NCBI RefSeq assembly: GCF_006345805.1
Contig: NC_043002.1
Coordinates: 71,238,001-71,302,000, forward strand
Reading direction: 5' to 3'
Source: Octopus sinensis
Taxonomy: Eukaryota
Length of the DNA stretch: 64,000 nt
Shown: positions 26,843 through 39,713 of the stretch, piece after piece
How positions within the stretch are numbered: the first letter of the stretch is position 1
How the letters are laid out: every line of letters starts with the position of its first letter
Program-made: the position numbers and the translations under genes
The notes under the pieces: generated by a model
The model's input: the letters and a program-made list of their open reading frames with translations, nothing else
Database searches by the model: none
What the model was told of the DNA's origin: nothing

Positions 26843-26928
26843 GAGAAGAAAAGAAGAAGAAGAAGAAGAAGAAGCAGAAGAAGAAGAAGAAGAAGAAGAA
26901 GAAGAAGAAGAAGGAAGAAGAAGAAGAA
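26687..26928. repeat. Compound trinucleotide repeat (AAT)(GAT)(GAC)(AAC)(AAT)(GAA)
   Basis: Direct reading. Confidence 0.95.
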
Positions 26929-27399
26929 TATCAAATTTGGCACAAGACCAGCAATTTAGGGAAGAGGATAAGTCGATTACACTGACCCCAGTGTTCAACT
27001 GCTACTTATTTTATCGACCCTGATAAAATAATGAAGAATTGCTCGAAGACCAATTTCGCCGCGTGCATGTCGGTTGTGATGCCTTCCCTCATCTAAGTTT
27101 CTAACTAAATATCCTTTTATTTCCCTTTATTGCTAATACCCAACTAATTCTAATAAATTTTACTCTTATTACTCTTTTCAGAGCAAATCCTCATTTAAGG
27201 ATTGACCCGTGAACAGAAGCTTTCAGTAGCCGGGTCCCTGCCTACGAAGACCATGTAGGTCGACTGTGTAGATCGTGAATTTGTGCTCTGTGGGGCCGAT
27301 GATATTAAAAAGTGGCAAGTTGTTCTAGTGGCCTACGGATTACTCTCACTTGATACAACTAAGATGACTCGATACGTTTTGTCTACGTCCATATTGACA

Positions 27400-28560
27400 C
27401 ATTCGAGATTTTCAGTCTGTACCTGTCAGACAGCTGAAAAGGTTTGAGCAGTGATCTGTTCCACCAAACATTAGGAATCTCAGCTTTTTGCCCTCAGTTG
27501 CTACGAATTTCTCTGTACCATTAGAGAGTTGGATCAGGCCAGGGAAAACTTCAATACATTCTAGTCGGTGTACATCAGGAATTCCCTACCCATGCATTCT
27601 CAATTTTTTTTCCCATTTTATACACTTGGAAAATTGTTGCTTTATTCTCTGTGTCGTATGCAATATGGCTGCCACCAACAAAGGGATGTCCACTTCGGTT
27701 GGGGTCACTGCCACCTTTATTTGCGCCACTCTCCAACAGAGCTATTTCAGAATTACCCGCAGTTCTTTACTTTTGAGAGTTGTTGTTGCACTTCCTTTGG
27801 TTTTTCTTCACTTAAATATCTCACCTCAACAGTGTCAAAGCGTCACCCACGAGTGACATAAGTTTTTATTCCCCTGACTGATCTTTGGCAGATTTCAATC
27901 TGAGCCTGCGTCGCTCGCTCAGTTTCTTGGTTTTTGATGAAATACTCCTGTAGATATAATATTTTTCTAGTATCTTCTTTTACTTTATTTGATATGTTTA
28001 GAAATATTGGTATTTCACTTTTTGTTAAGCGCGCTTGGCGTCACTTAATGTTTTTTTTTCCGACATGAAAACTATCCCCGGTCGACAAAACCCGTAGGCA
28101 AAACTGTTCCCATTTTGTTTAGAAATAAGACCAGTCGCACTTTGCGTGGTATTAATATTTGTGTTGATGGTGGCAGTGGTAGTGATGTTGAAGGTGGTAG
28201 ATTTGCTGTTGCCACTGGTGGTAGTTGTAGAAGTGGAAATGTTCTTGCTAGTTTTGTTGGTTTTTCTTCTCATTGTTCTCTTTTGTTTTTGTTGTGATGG
28301 TGATGGAGATTTTTAAATGTTAGCAGTAGAGAATTAGCTTTATACTTTTCCCATGATGTGTTGTTGTTGTTGCTGTTGTTGTTATTGGTGCTGATGCTGC
28401 TGTCGTCACTGGTTTTTACAATTTCGGTGTTCATTTCTGCGGATAGATGACTCTTCTTTCCAGGGATTAAAAAATCCTTGTGCGCCATGTCTCTTTTCAA
28501 AAACAAAACTCGAGAGGCCTGCCTGCTAAACAACTTCAAGTTTAACTCCTGAGGGATAAC
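27400..28560 (-). mobile_element. Possible decayed LINE ORF1 (gag-like) / 5' region
   Basis: Purine-rich on the minus strand. Broken frame RVAQIKVAVTPTEVDIPLLVAAIL..VATEGKKLRFLMFGGTDH resembles an ORF1 with an eroded zinc knuckle; unverified. Confidence 0.3.
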
Positions 28561-28649
28561 AGGAAAAACGAAACCGCTCCGTATGTCCTAGTTAGTTCAT
28601 CTGCAAAACGATAACAAATGTTCAATATATAACCTTGGGTAGCAATATA

Positions 28650-29123
28650 GGCGTAGGAGTGGCTGTGTGGTAAGTAGCTTGCTTAACAACCACATGGTTC
28701 TGGGTTCAGTCCCACTGCGTGGCACCTTGGGCAAGTGTCTTCTACTATAGACTCAGACCGATCAAAGTCTTGTGAGTGGATTAGGTAGACGGAAACTGAA
28801 AGAAGCCCGTCGTATATATGTACACACACAAACATATATATATATATGTGTGTGTATGTGTGTGTATGTATGTATGTATGTATGTATGTATGTATGCATG
28901 CATGTATGTATGTATATATGTATATGTTTGTGTGCCTGTGTTTGTCCCTCCAACATCGCTTGACAACCGATGCTGGTGTGTTTACGTCCCCGTAACAAAA
29001 GAATAAGTACGATAGAATAAGTACTAAGCTTACAAAGAATAAGTCCTGGGGTTGATCTGCTCGACTAATGGCGGTGCTCCAGCATGATGGCCACAGACTG
29101 AAACAAGTAAAAGAGTAAAGAGT
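28650..29123 (+). mobile_element. SINE family A, full length
   Basis: ggcgtaggagtggctgtgtgg head through gtaaaagagtaaagagt tail. Confidence 0.92.
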
Positions 29124-30849
29124 AATGGAAATAATAACAAACATACAAGAGCATCGCGCAATATGTATCGATAGATAATAATAATAATAATAATAATATA
29201 ATAATAACAACAACAATAACAACAATAACGGTTTCGAAAATTACTAATTGAAGCTTTGCCATTTTTATACACCACTTAACATACCACCAAAAATGTTTTG
29301 AACTAAAATTAGACCGAATCATTCTGAGTTAAAAGTTGAAATATATTTGTGTATTGATTTCTTTTGATATTTACCATATTCCTTTTTAGTGTGTCCTTAA
29401 TTCTGGAAGGTCAAATTCTAAGCAAGAGATCAAGATTATTCTAGTTGATTCATTTTCCTTTTCAACTGCGGATTAAAATTTTCGATTATTTTAATCAATA
29501 TTAGGAGGGAGCGTAAATGAATGCTTCAACTTATTATTGTTGTAATTAAAAGCTTGTTTCATTGATTCTAAAATTTCGTATTTGCAATATAACGTTGGGA
29601 ATATATATATACAGTTAAAACAATGCTTTAAATATTGCTTTCCCCAGACTGTTGTTCAATACTTCGTCTGTATGATTTTGTGTTAATATTATCCTTCCAC
29701 AATAGAAACAAGTATATTTTCTAACATTAGCTATTGTTAGTACTTCTAGTACTTGTCTATCAAAAGTTGGTCTTAATGTAAAACTTTATTGAAATTAATG
29801 CTGTTACTCCACAGCTTTTCTTTTATAGCTAAATATGTTAATGAACACTTATGAACTCTTATATTTCAAGCGATAAATGTATTTATTGATAAAGCTGTGT
29901 TCCTAATACTTCTAATTATCTCTTTGTCCATGATACATTATCTATTATCTTATGATCTGCGAACAAATTTAATACTAATTTCTAAATCAATATTTGCTTC
30001 AAACCTTTCTCCAAATAAGGCGCTCTGCAGAAACGAAGTAAACTTCTAAAATTTAGACTTCAACAGCTGAAAATTTTATTTTGGGGTTTCAGCTGTTAGT
30101 TATAGCCATTTCATAGTTATATCATTTTATATCATTATGCTTCTCTAAATTTTCTCTGTACCGATTCAAAAGAAAATTCAAAACCTATTGAGAGATTGAT
30201 CTCATCAGAGTTCTCTCACTTATAAATATCGACATTTTGAAAATCAAATTGATTGCGTGCGAGTAAGACAAATATATCAAATCAAAATACGTCGAAAATA
30301 TTTCTAATTTCTAATCGCCGAGGTACGCAAGGATGGCAGTGTAATTTATACAGAAAAAAAAATCTACTAAGCAATAATGGAGAGACTTCAATAAGCATGT
30401 TATTGTATATGAATAAAGAATGAGAATTTGTCTCTCCATATATTGTTAGTTTTGCTGCACGCTTCTATAAGTGATAACTACGTTTTACAACTCCTGGTAT
30501 ACCAACTTGAAGCTGAACATGCAAGCAGGCGCATCCTTATTGTTCCAGTTCCACAACACTCAATAATAGCCCTCGCGAATTATAGACGATTATCGGCAAC
30601 ACTGTGACTGAAAATTAAATGAAAAGCGAGTTGGCTTTAGTGGTATTTTAAAAATGAATCACCCAATCTAGCAATTTTTCTGACTCGATTATGGCAGCCA
30701 TTAAGACATCATATTTTTGATGGTCAGTCTTGTTTGAAAGTAGAATGATTTGATGGACAAAGATTCTGCATGTTAATTGTATTTTATCGCCTGACATGTA
30801 CAAGCGACCGAAGGAGGCGTTAAGGAAAAAACATGAAATTGCTGGGTTT

Positions 30850-31233
30850 TATAGGCCCGAAAATTTTTGGGGTGGGAGAGACCAGTCAATTAGTTCGAAC
30901 CCAATGCGCAACTGGTATTTAATTTATCGACCCCGAAAGGATGAAAGGCGAAGTCGATCTCGTTGGAATTTGAACTCAGAACGTAGCGGCATACGAAATA
31001 CCCATTCCTTTACTACCCACAAGGGGCTAAACACGGAGGGGACAAACAGGGACAGACACACGGATTAAGTCGATTATATCGACCCCAGTGCGTATCTGGT
31101 ACTTATTTAATCGACCCCGAAAGGATGAAAGGCAAAGTCGACCTCGGCGGAATTTGAACTCAAAACGTAACGGCAGACGAAATACGGCTATCCATTTCGC
31201 CCGGTGTGCTAACGTTTCTGCCAGCTCGCCGCC
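30850..31233 (-). mobile_element. SINE family B (dimeric)
   Basis: Homologous to 26300-26685. Confidence 0.9.
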
Positions 31234-33907
31234 TTATAACTATACAAATACCACTTAAATAATTTTCACTTGTATTTAGTATCCTACATTTTTCTGAAAA
31301 GCTACACTTAATGCTCATTCCACCCGCCTATTTGTTTAATTAACATACTCTTAAAGAAATAGCACTCATTGTTATTTTAATCATTGTCCACACTCCTTAA
31401 TATTATTTCTAGTTCAAATGAGCTAAAATTGTACTAAATTGGTTTATATACTGTAGGTTCACTTTTGAGGCTTCATGTTCACAGGGCAAATTGTTTACCT
31501 CTCAGCAATACCTATGCCTCCCCAGATACCCGCAAACACGCACAAACACATAAACTTTTATACATAATGAAATAAAGTATGTTTGTCTGTGTGTGTGTAT
31601 TTAAGTATATTGTGTAACGTTATATATAACTATATTATGTGTTTCAAACCAATATTACTTCTCTTTATATTCAGCTAGTATACACGTCAACTGATAAGGA
31701 AATTATGACGGGAAATTACACATTACTCATCAGAAAGACAAAAGAAGGTGTTATATAATAAACTTGATCTGACAAACGAAAGTCTGGGAATTACTAATGA
31801 GAAACTTAACATCTGAAACTTTTATATAATTTCGCAATTTACCCCGATGTAACGTGATGTCAAATTTATAATAGCTTCGAATGAGGCTATTTCTTGATCA
31901 TAATTGCCACCATTTTGTTACCTGATAACTTTATTGGTGATGGAACATATAATAGAATACTAAGGTGAATAGTTAATGTAACTAATTGGATAATCCCTAG
32001 CTCGGTGTTTAGATTCTACAGCTGGTGGGGATTTGAGGCTAATGTACGGTACTAACTTAATGCTTTGTAGTCGCATGTGTTTATGTTCTTCATCGTTTTG
32101 TGGCCTAACAAGTATTTATTTTAAATAAGATATACACATTTTATTTCAATTTGTCAATTATGTACATACCTTTATTACATTTCATTGACCTTGTGTTGAG
32201 TCAAACACGTACGTCAAAACAGCAAAAGCTAAGAATTTAATTTATTTCATATTAAGCAACAGCATCAATTTTAGACAGAGAACAGAAAAAGACCCTTTAA
32301 GAGAGCTTGAACTCTAAGGTAGAGGAATGGCGGAAGACTCCTTGGGTAAACCCATTTATAGGATTGAGTTCATCTCATTGACATTCAAATTTAAAACGAA
32401 ACATCGACATTGGTCACCCCATCCTGCGAACATGAATGAAACGATTATCTTTAATGTTATACGCTGAATTTAATTCACATATATTCACATCTCGCGCCAT
32501 ATATTACCGTCATCTAAAATCAATTGATTTACATATTATTGACTGTTATTGGAAATACATACATTTAAGGCATATTCAATAGTGTTTCTATTCCATCTCT
32601 CTGCTTGGTGTTCGTTATCATAATTTATCTTTACTAATTCATCTTGGCGCATACCTGGGGGGTTTTCTCTTGTAAAGGATTTTGAAATGAATTTGTCCCT
32701 GTGTTTTGCCTATTTTATTATATTGAAGCTTCTATATCTTCAGTTGTCTTTCTAGAAATAGCCCACAAATTTGTCTCGCTATATCGCCTGGTGTTTAAAA
32801 AATGAATATTATGCATTGACATTGTATATCAGGCATCCTTATACAAAATGGTCACGCCTGGAATTTTGTCATGGTCTGGCTTCAACCGAAATTGCCCTAG
32901 AACTAAACAACATCAGAAACATTGGCAATACCAAAATATTAACAACAAAAACAACAACAATAACAAGGAGTATTAACTTTAACACTACCAGTCAGCAAAT
33001 AATAGTTTATTTCACAACATTGCTATCGCTATCAGATTCAATACCTACTTAGAGATTGAAGAGAAAAGACAGTGAATGGCGGGCATTTCAATATGTTGGT
33101 TGAATGAAAGATGGGATTATCAACGCCAGAACATGTTTGATCACATGTTTACAGGTTCTGGGCTGACGCTGAACTAGGCACCAACCTTCAAGCACAACAC
33201 CATCCCATCTAACATCGTTAGCTCAACAAAAGCAACACTAACAACATTATAACCACCACTACGAGGGGGCAGCTCTGTGTTCACGCAACCTGCAAGAAAT
33301 ATTAACGAAATGTCCCACATTCCACATCCTATTGCCTTAAATTTGAAGATAATACATATATGGTGAATCTCATATTCTGCACCACAAATTGGTGCCCCTC
33401 TCCCCACACACACACATCGTCTGATCCTAGGATGTTTTAAAGACTGTCCATTCTATTACAAGCATTCAAGCCAAGTTATTCGTCAGGATGAGATCAGTAA
33501 TTCCTTCTTCTGAAAACTTTCCAGGCCACCACACAGACACCAGAATCTATCGGCGATGACCTTCCTCCCATGGCAACAAAATATTGGATGAGATCATCAC
33601 GGCTGTAATTTGCTGGATCATAAGTTTTCACTGTTAAACAACAAAGAAAACAGAAATAAAATCTTTAAACCAACCAAGTCGAAAGTGGAGCTCTTATTTG
33701 GTCGCTTGAGTTTATAGAAATAGCAGTAGAATCCATCGGCAACCAAAGGCCGGCTACGTTAGTTAATGTAGAAAATATCTCTAATAAGACAGAATGGACA
33801 TGGCTGGAATGTCTTTGATCATACACCAGTTTAACCAGGGCAAAGGCAGGATCATAAACAATGTCAAATTAAGGGCAACTTTATTTGGTGGTAAATGTTT
33901 CAGATGT

Positions 33908-34208
33908 GGAGGCACATGGCCTAGTGTTTAGAGCAGTGGACTCCTTATCGAAGGATCGCGGGTTCGAATCTCAGACCGGGCGATATGTGTGTTTATGAGC
34001 GAAACACCTAAGCTCCACTCGGCTCCAGCAGAAGGTAATGGCGAACTCCTGCTGACTCTTTCGTCACAACTTTCTCTCACTCTTTCCTCCTGCATCTTGC
34101 AGCTCACCGGCGACGGACCGGCGTCCCGTCCAGGTGGGGAGCCTATACGCCAAGGAAACCGGGGAACCGGCCCTAATGAGCCAGCCGTGGCTCGAAAAGG
34201 AACAAACA
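33908..34208 (+). mobile_element. tRNA-derived SINE related to family C
   Basis: ggaggcacatggcctagtg (A box), ggttcgaatctc (B box); body partly shared with 63309; different tail ending aacaaacaa. Confidence 0.82.
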
Positions 34209-34977
34209 ATTGTTTCAGATAAAATATTTCATATATGAAGTATTGGTAATATTTAGGTTTCTTGTCCCTAAAACATCGAGCAGTGTACAAAATAAGGAGT
34301 TATATGTGGAAGAGCGTATTTTTAAAGAATGTAGGACGTTGAATCATGCCTCTTTCAATGTCCTCATCTTGGCTGTTATAGTCACAGCATTTTGCCGGTT
34401 GTTAACTAAACAGAAAATTCTATGAGACATTTTCGTACCGTTTTCGTCGCTTTCTTATCTGTTTGAACCGGAGCATGTATATTGTTTGATTAACTTTGTG
34501 GCTGAGACATCTATTAATACCTATGCTACTACACATAGCATTTAATCTACGTTTATAGACATAGGTGTGCGAAACTACTGCCAAAACATTTTCACCAATA
34601 TAAATGCAAGATCCGCCATAAAAATACCACATAGGATCCTATGTGCCACGTATGATCCTATGTGCAACATAGGATCATATAGCTGTTTCGTTTGACAATA
34701 AGGCATAAACGACTAAAGAAATTGTTACTGCTGAGACTATATGATATGTCTGCTGTTGCAGCCGCTTAGCTCCAGGTCACACTGATCAATCGGAGTTATT
34801 GGCACAGGTATTCTAGTAGTGAACACCTAGTCTTTTTAGGACTACATTCTCTAATATAATCTTCACTTTTTAAAGACCGTAGGGAGTTATGTGAAAGCGA
34901 TTCTGCAACTGGTACAGCGAGCGATTGCATAAAACCGGGCATGTTGGCTAGTAAAACATGGTATGAGAAACAAGTTG

Positions 34978-35020
<43 letters not shown>

Positions 35021-36461
35021 ATAAAATCGATATTTAAATATCGATCTTATCAAGTGGCCAGCATGGGAATAAAATCCTTACAAAGGTAATAATTATTTAA
35101 AGTTATAATTTAGTGTATTTGACTGCTATTTCAGCGTGGTGGTATCTCTCAGATACCCTAATTTATACATACATATATACATACATACATATATGCATAT
35201 ATATATATTATATATATATATATATATAATATATATATATATAATATATATATATAACGTGATAGATATATAGAGAAAACAGAAAAGGTAAGGAGAGGGA
35301 GAAAGAGAGTAAGAGAGAGATATAGGTATGTACAACGAATATACATTGCCATATAATGGCAAGCAAAGGCTTGTATTCTGATAGTGTCTATCAAATATAT
35401 TGATATTTGTGCAACGCACTTATTCGTACTTACGTACAGATACACACAGACACATGCACAGTGACACACACACACATGTGTGCATGCTTCAATGAGCATT
35501 CATATCATATACACATATATATGTAATGTAATAAGTATGTACATACATACGCAGACTTATGTATGTGTGAATATATATGTATATACATGCATGCGCGTGT
35601 GTGCGTGTGTATGTGTGTGTGTGTGTGTGTTTGTGTGTGTGTGGTGTGTGTGTGTGTGTGTGTGTGTGTTGTGTGTGTGTGTGTGTGTGTGTGTGAGTTT
35701 ACGCATATAAGTATGCAGAAACATGTCTTGCAGTATTACAATGGATTTTCTGTAGTTCTTAACTCGTGCCCTGTCAGAGTGAACTGAGCCTTTCTGCGAC
35801 TTGCTGCTCTATGAAACAATAATCTTTTAAATATTCATGCCGTGTCAGATATCACACACGAAGCTTAAGCACTAAATCTTTGAATGCAATATATCTTTCA
35901 CGAATTCCTTTCTTCGTGTGCTTATGGGGCAGAACATCTCCGAAAGTTTATGTTAATGTGTGTGTGTTTGAATTAACAACCAAACACTGTACGTGCATTA
36001 AAGGTATATCATATTTCTGGATGAGTGCCAATGCTTTATACCTACGTTCAACGATAAAGTTATATAACTTTGACAATACCCATTGTGTTTCCTGTACAGT
36101 TGTTTTGTTCACATTTCCTTCAATATTTCCTCTACAGCGTGTTTGTACATATCTCCAAGTAGAGATATGCACCATGTATGGGTATATATAAAGATACGTA
36201 CATGCATACAAACATATATATATTTACACTCACATATATCCATGTGTATGTGCAATCTTACAGATACAAAGTGCATATATCTATATACTAGATACGTTCA
36301 AATATGTATATATATATATATATACATACATATGCGTTTGTGTGTGAGTGTGTATGCATATGTATTTGTGTATATGTATATATAGAGCATATATATATAT
36401 ATATATGCTCATGCATGTATAAATACATATGTGTATGTATATACATATATATATCTGTCTA

Positions 36462-36502
<41 letters not shown>

Positions 36503-36913
36503 CCAGTCACATACAAGCACATACACACACTCACACACACACGTATATACACGTACAATTGTGTATGTGTTCTTCTGAATCTTTGTTTATGGGTAGGTTT
36601 ATCTGTGTTTAGGATAAGTCGGCGTGAATGTGTTGGTATTTATTGTAGCTGGTTGTATGTGTGCGTTTGTGACGTCTGCTTGTGTGTGTGTGTGTGTGTG
36701 TGTGTTTATGTGCGAGCGCGCAATTGCACGTAGCAATGCCAATTAAGTCCGTCTCTTTGCCATTGTGTAATACAAATAGAAATAGTAAATTCACTGAACG
36801 GATACGCCTCATTTTCTTGCCTGAAATATCGTATCCCGTTGAGGATGCTGAAATAGATAACACAGGAAAACATTCTCTCGGCTATTGTTAACATTTAGTA
36901 AAACAGACGTAAA

Positions 36914-36946
<33 letters not shown>

Positions 36947-37560
36947 TGGGAGAGAGACAGACAGACAGACAGACAGAAGGAATTAGTGATTGAATGCCGT
37001 TTGGACTGAAATTTATTGAATAATTTCGTTGCTTATTCTGTTGTTATGGACACCTTTCAAACGATCGGGAACGGACCATTGCCTGCAATTACTATCAATT
37101 ACTTATTTACATATCATGGCATCAATTAATTTCACTGCATCTAATAACGACGTGACAAGGAGCCATACTAAAACTAAATATCTAAATTAGATCCAATTTG
37201 GAGATCAGACCCTACTGGGAGAAAATGTTGCCGTTCAACCATCAGTGGTTTAAATAAAATAATTATCTCTGATATCGAACAATTAGTCTAGGTGTAATTA
37301 ATTAATCTTTTACTAGCGATGATAATTTTAAGAGTGCGTGGTTAGGTTTTGTGTTGAAAAAATTTGTTGCATCTGCTGGTTCAATATTGTATGTTTCGAT
37401 TTACATATGTCGAAACAGTCAACCACGTCTCTCTCTCTCTCGCTCATTCTCCCTCTGTCTCTGTCTCTGTCTGTCTCTCTGTCTCTCTCTCCCTCTCTCT
37501 TCAACACCTTTAGGAAGAGTTACCTATATTATCATTATTATCATTTAAAGTAAGGCGTAA

Positions 37561-38170
37561 GGCGCCGAGCTGGCATAATCGTTAGCACGCCGGGCGAAAT
37601 GCTTAGCGGTACTTCGTCTGCCGTTACGTTCTGGGTTCAAATTCCAACGAGGTCGACTTTGCCTTTCATCATTTCGAGGTCGATAAATCGAGTACCAGTT
37701 GCGCACTGGGGTCGATGTAATCGACTTAATCCATGTGTCTGTCATTGTTTGACCTCTCTTTGTTTAGCCCCTTGTGGGTTGTAAAGAAATAGGTATTTCG
37801 CCTGCCGCTACGTTCCGAGTTCAAATTCCGCCGAGGTCGACTTTGCCTTTCATCCTTTCGGGGTCGATTAAATAAGTATCAGTTACACACTGGGGTCAAT
37901 ATAATCGACTTAATCCCTTTGTCTGTCCTTGTTTGTCCTCTCTGAGTTTAGCCCTTGTGGGTAGTAAAAAAAATAGGTAGCACTCTGCACAAAATGCATG
38001 GTGGTATGTTCCCCGCTACTACGTTCTGAGTTCAAGTTCCGCCGAGGACAACTTTACCTTCCATCTTTTGGGGGTCGATCAACTAAGTACAAGTGAAACG
38101 GTGGGGTCGATCTACTCGACTATCTCCCCCCGCCCCAATCCACAAAATTTAGGTTTTGTGCCTTTAGTCG
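37561..38170 (+). mobile_element. SINE family B (three internal modules)
   Basis: Head plus three tandem gttcaaattcc..ggggtcgat modules. Confidence 0.9.
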
Positions 38171-38356
38171 AAATGATTGTTATTATTTAAAACTGTTTCG
38201 TTTGGCTCCACGTGACTTAAAGTTTCGCAAGCTTCTTACAGACACCTAACACACTCAGGCTCATTAACTGGTTAATCAGGCTGTTTTAAATGCATACAAC
38301 CACATACACGCGCGCGCACACATATGTATATATTTATGTATGTACATATATACAAG

Positions 38357-38506
38357 CGCAGGAGTGGCTGTATGCATCCAAACGACATGGTTCCGAGTTC
38401 AGTCCCACTGTGTAGCAACTTGGGCAAGTGTCATCTACTACAGCCTCAGGCAGGCCGAAGCCTCGTGAATGAAATTCGTAGGCAGAAACTGAAAGAAGCC
38501 CATCGT
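38357..38506 (+). mobile_element. SINE family A head, followed by (TA)n to 38748
   Basis: Homology to the other copies. Confidence 0.8.
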
Positions 38507-38518
38507 TTATATATATAT

Positions 38519-38553
<35 letters not shown>

Positions 38554-38614
38554 ATGTATATGTGCGTATATATATATATATATATGCATAGTATATGTAT
38601 ATATATATATGTAT

Positions 38615-38646
<32 letters not shown>

Positions 38647-38696
38647 CATGCATATGTATATGTATATATATGTATATATATATATATATATGTATA

Positions 38697-38749
<53 letters not shown>

Positions 38750-38830
38750 CTTATAAATAAGGGCAAACGAAAAAATTTCTAATGCCAAATATGCCGAAAA
38801 ATTGGACATATTGTCCATTACCATTATTAC

Positions 38831-38887
38831 CATATCGGACCGATTTCAAGGTTAGTTCGTAAGGACCCTCCCTTCGTCAGTAATACA
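38831..38887 (-). ncRNA. Candidate minimal hammerhead ribozyme (eroded stems)
   Basis: tgtatta-CTGACGA-aggg...cctt-GAAA-tcg-GTC-cgatatg; core intact, stem I imperfect. Confidence 0.55.
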
Positions 38888-39172
38888 TGTGGCAAGGAAA
38901 TAAATGGAATTCTTACTCATACCCATGTAAGAAGCAGAATACTAAGTCATGAGCACAACTAAGACCCCAAATACATCCAAAATAGAAATACCCCAGCCCA
39001 TTCAAGACACGTGTGATTCGAACTGAGGTTCTCACAGAGTGAGAGAGTCCGGAAGTGAACACTTAAATTTATATTTAATGTAGGATAATTTAATGTAGGG
39101 CAATTTTGTTCCTTCGGAAAAAAATTTATCCTACATTAAATATAAATTTATTTATATTTAATGCAAATATTC

Positions 39173-39610
39173 TATTCAATACCACAAATTTGCTTGTCAG
39201 TTGTTTGACCGTAACCAGTTGAGTATGTCCCTTGGTGGTTGACGACATGTACATCTTTGATCACGAGCAGAAGTAACGGGAGAGCATCACAGACATGTGT
39301 TGAGAGGAATTCTTCGCGGTTTGAATAATTCCCCTTTGGAAACATGGTTGTTTCGTTCGACATCCTTAAATAACCCTTATTCAAGGACCTTTTGAGCTGA
39401 CGGGCTACTCGACCGGAAGAAAACTGTAACTGGGCCCCACCTGCAAGGTCATACGCTGTTTATCTTGGTATGAGATCACAATGTCGCACACATATAGTTG
39501 AGATGCTTGTGCCCAGTGTTCAACTATGAGACAGGTAGTCGTGATGGGTATACTGAGCTCCGTATATTTTTAACGCAGTGTCACTTTGATAGCATGTATA
39601 GCACTCTCAC

Positions 39611-39650
<40 letters not shown>

Positions 39651-39713
39651 GAAGAAGAAGAAGAGAAGAAGAAGAAGAAGAAGAAGAAGAAGAAGAAGAA
39701 GAAGAAGAAGAAG
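39173..39713 (+). mobile_element. Probable retroelement 3' UTR fragment with (AAT)n(GAA)n tail
   Basis: A GC-richer non-coding block ends directly in (ATA)n, as do the Dong-like 3' ends in this window; family not identified. Confidence 0.35.
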
